Positions 56,196 through 57,801 of a DNA stretch of 57,801 nt are shown here, piece after piece. Source of the stretch: a virus (Duplodnaviria > Caudoviricetes); IMG/VR virus record IMGVR_UViG_3300028146_000012, positions 1-57,801 of that record, one strand, 5' to 3'. The notes under the pieces were generated by a model. That model worked only from the letters and a program-made list of their open reading frames with translations. It did no database searches and had not been told where the DNA came from. Within the stretch, counting starts at the first letter, position 1. Each line of letters begins with the position of its first letter. The translations under genes were made by a program, and so were the position numbers.

Positions 56196-56419
56196 TTCTC
56201 ACCACCTGCTTTGAGGGCAGTATGCCTAGCCTCTGCAACTTTTTTACGGTCATAGTCATCTGTCGCTTTTCTTTCATATGTTAGACAAAAAATAAAGTCG
56301 CACTTCACGCATATGTAATCGGACCCGGCATAATAGTCTCCTGGGCCGTCCTCATTCATAACAGTTTTTTGCCAACATGATGGGCAGAAGTATTCGGTTG
56401 TCGAATATGTGTCACTCAT
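56192..56419 (-). CDS. Zn-ribbon hypothetical protein
   Basis: MSDTYS start after AGGA; CPSC...CVKC. Confidence 0.55.
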   Translation of the reverse strand: MSDTYSTTEYFCPSCWQKTVMNEDGPGDYYAGSDYICVKCDFIFCLTYERKATDDYDRKKVAEARHTALKAGGEK

Positions 56420-56795
56420 CCTGTGCTCCAGCTTGTTGAGCAGTTGGTCTCGTCGTCTGGCCATTGGCCGACGGCTGATTTTCTGATTTTATGCTGTAAT
56501 ACATAAATGGAAATTGCTGATGCTCTTTGCCGGGGTTTTTGATTTTACCAGTAAGAACATCGGCACAATCCCAGTAATGGCCAGGCCCGCAATCTTTCGG
56601 ATAGGCAAGCCCAGCGCCACAGCCATTGCATCTTGCGGCGGCAGAATAGACCAGCTCATCCGGCGTAAAAACTGGGTTTTCTTTAATGCGTTTATCAAAA
56701 GCGGCGCGCTGTTCATCGTGATACGCATTGATGGTGTTTTGCGCCGATTCTTTTGCCTTTACGGCCTCGTCGTACTCTGCTTTTGAAATTGTCAT
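56412..56795 (-). CDS. Cys-containing hypothetical protein
   Basis: AGGAG SD; RCNGCGAGLAYP...WDC. Confidence 0.65.
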   Translation of the reverse strand: MTISKAEYDEAVKAKESAQNTINAYHDEQRAAFDKRIKENPVFTPDELVYSAAARCNGCGAGLAYPKDCGPGHYWDCADVLTGKIKNPGKEHQQFPFMYYSIKSENQPSANGQTTRPTAQQAGAQDE

Positions 56796-56812
56796 TTCAC
56801 TACTCCTGCGTC

Positions 56813-57058
56813 TTAGGCTTGTGTGACGCTTTTAAAAAGTCTCGCAAAACTTGTTTGATAACCGGCCCGCCGCCAAGCCTTGTATTGAGCGACCGATTCA
56901 AACCGTTGAACTTCATATTGCACGACACGCAACTCGCGGTACCATTGCCCGGTGCATTGATGTGTCCAGGCATAAAGACCTAAATATTTTCGTCGACAAA
57001 AAAGATCGTGCCGCCATTCTAACCATGTTTTGCCGTAAGCCTTGTTTTTTCTACTCAT
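56813..57058 (-). CDS. Hypothetical protein
   Basis: ORF abutting the upstream gene. Confidence 0.45.
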   Translation of the reverse strand: MSRKNKAYGKTWLEWRHDLFCRRKYLGLYAWTHQCTGQWYRELRVVQYEVQRFESVAQYKAWRRAGYQTSFARLFKSVTQA

Positions 57059-57059
57059 T

Positions 57060-57461
57060 TCATATTGCCTCGAAGTCAGTTATTGTAAGTATAAAGCTAT
57101 CTACATCTTTTTTCAAGTCCATAAAAGCCTCGAATGTCTTTTTAGAATGCATTATCATGTCACCATTCCGCTCACTCCCCAACAATATACAACCATCGCT
57201 ATCGTGGTTATAGTTTCCTATATGTATGAGTATACCAGTAACGATGCTACCTTTGAAATCAGGTACATTCTGTAGCTCAAAAGTCGCATACGGTAATCGA
57301 TTAGGCGCGTGGCGAACGCAGGTATAAGTACCTGCAGCGACTTTCGGCATGCAGTTATAGCTATGCTCAAGCGTAACTGCGATTTGCTTATTGTTTTCAT
57401 CATATAGCATACCGAATATGCCGTCTAATGTCCATTTATTGCGCTTAAGTGTGCAGTTCAT
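57060..57461 (-). CDS. DUF5675-like protein (candidate peptidoglycan enzyme/endolysin)
   Basis: L.R.....GIFG.L, TLE, AGTY, ILIHIGN...DSDGCILLG. Confidence 0.7.
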   Translation of the reverse strand: MNCTLKRNKWTLDGIFGMLYDENNKQIAVTLEHSYNCMPKVAAGTYTCVRHAPNRLPYATFELQNVPDFKGSIVTGILIHIGNYNHDSDGCILLGSERNGDMIMHSKKTFEAFMDLKKDVDSFILTITDFEAI

Positions 57462-57780
57462 TAAAACTCCTATTGTTTTTCTTGTCTATGAGGGCGCATT
57501 CTTGCTGACCCCACATAGACGGAGGCATTCCAATGATTTCTGCCCATTTAGGCAGTTCTGATATACTGAATTTAAACACAAACTCATCGCCCTCAGTTAC
57601 ATGGCCGGGTCTCTTAATGCGCTGAAATCTACAGACACGCGCTACGCAAGTACTTGAATTGTATGAGAAAATCTGACCATAGGCTCCAAATATAGACGAT
57701 TCCTGTGTGATCTTATGGGTAAGAGCTTCTATAGCACCTATTTTATCGCCTTTTATTAACCATTCATGGGAGTGTTTCAT
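57445..57780 (-). CDS. Hypothetical protein
   Basis: ATG at 57780 overlaps the stop of an upstream Ser-repeat frame. Confidence 0.5.
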   Translation of the reverse strand: MKHSHEWLIKGDKIGAIEALTHKITQESSIFGAYGQIFSYNSSTCVARVCRFQRIKRPGHVTEGDEFVFKFSISELPKWAEIIGMPPSMWGQQECALIDKKNNRSFNELHT

Positions 57781-57801
57781 ACCGACCACGACCCCGACCC
57801 C

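Noticed and set aside
1-57801. Integrase/att sites, tRNA genes, terminase small subunit, phage RNA polymerase
   Set aside because: None could be recognised by eye. The small terminase may be one of the hypothetical ORFs between 15206 and 17216, but no assignment is supportable.

Overview
This looks like a near-complete ~58 kb dsDNA tailed-phage genome with podovirus-like organisation (no tape measure or sheath, three large ejection-type proteins). No integrase, tRNA, rRNA or CRISPR array was recognised. Layout: a split SF2 helicase on the minus strand (left end); a recombination/replication block (ClpP-like, RecA, SbcD/SbcC, endonuclease VII, SSB-like, primase-helicase, family A polymerase); terminase, portal, scaffold and major capsid protein; a ~9 kb accessory island (MoxR-type AAA+ ATPase/VWA pair, subtilase, Ala-repeat paralogues); tail and ejection genes; small minus-strand genes (right end). 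Main observations: (1) The capsid gene has four exons. It is interrupted by two endonuclease-carrying group I introns and, between them, a 33-nt core-less 'mini-intron' that keeps only P1 (with U.G), P10 and a terminal G and starts with an in-frame stop. It probably depends on a neighbouring ribozyme for excision. (2) Nine small ORFs share a C-terminal peptide [ST]-x-L-E-[KR]-I-I-[YF] conserved at the protein level. One of them sits inside the split helicase gene. (3) Three promoter-like classes occur: extended -10 sigma70 promoters giving probably leaderless mRNAs, FliA/sigma28-type promoters, and a 15-nt motif before structural gene blocks. All product calls come from motif recognition by eye, not database searches.
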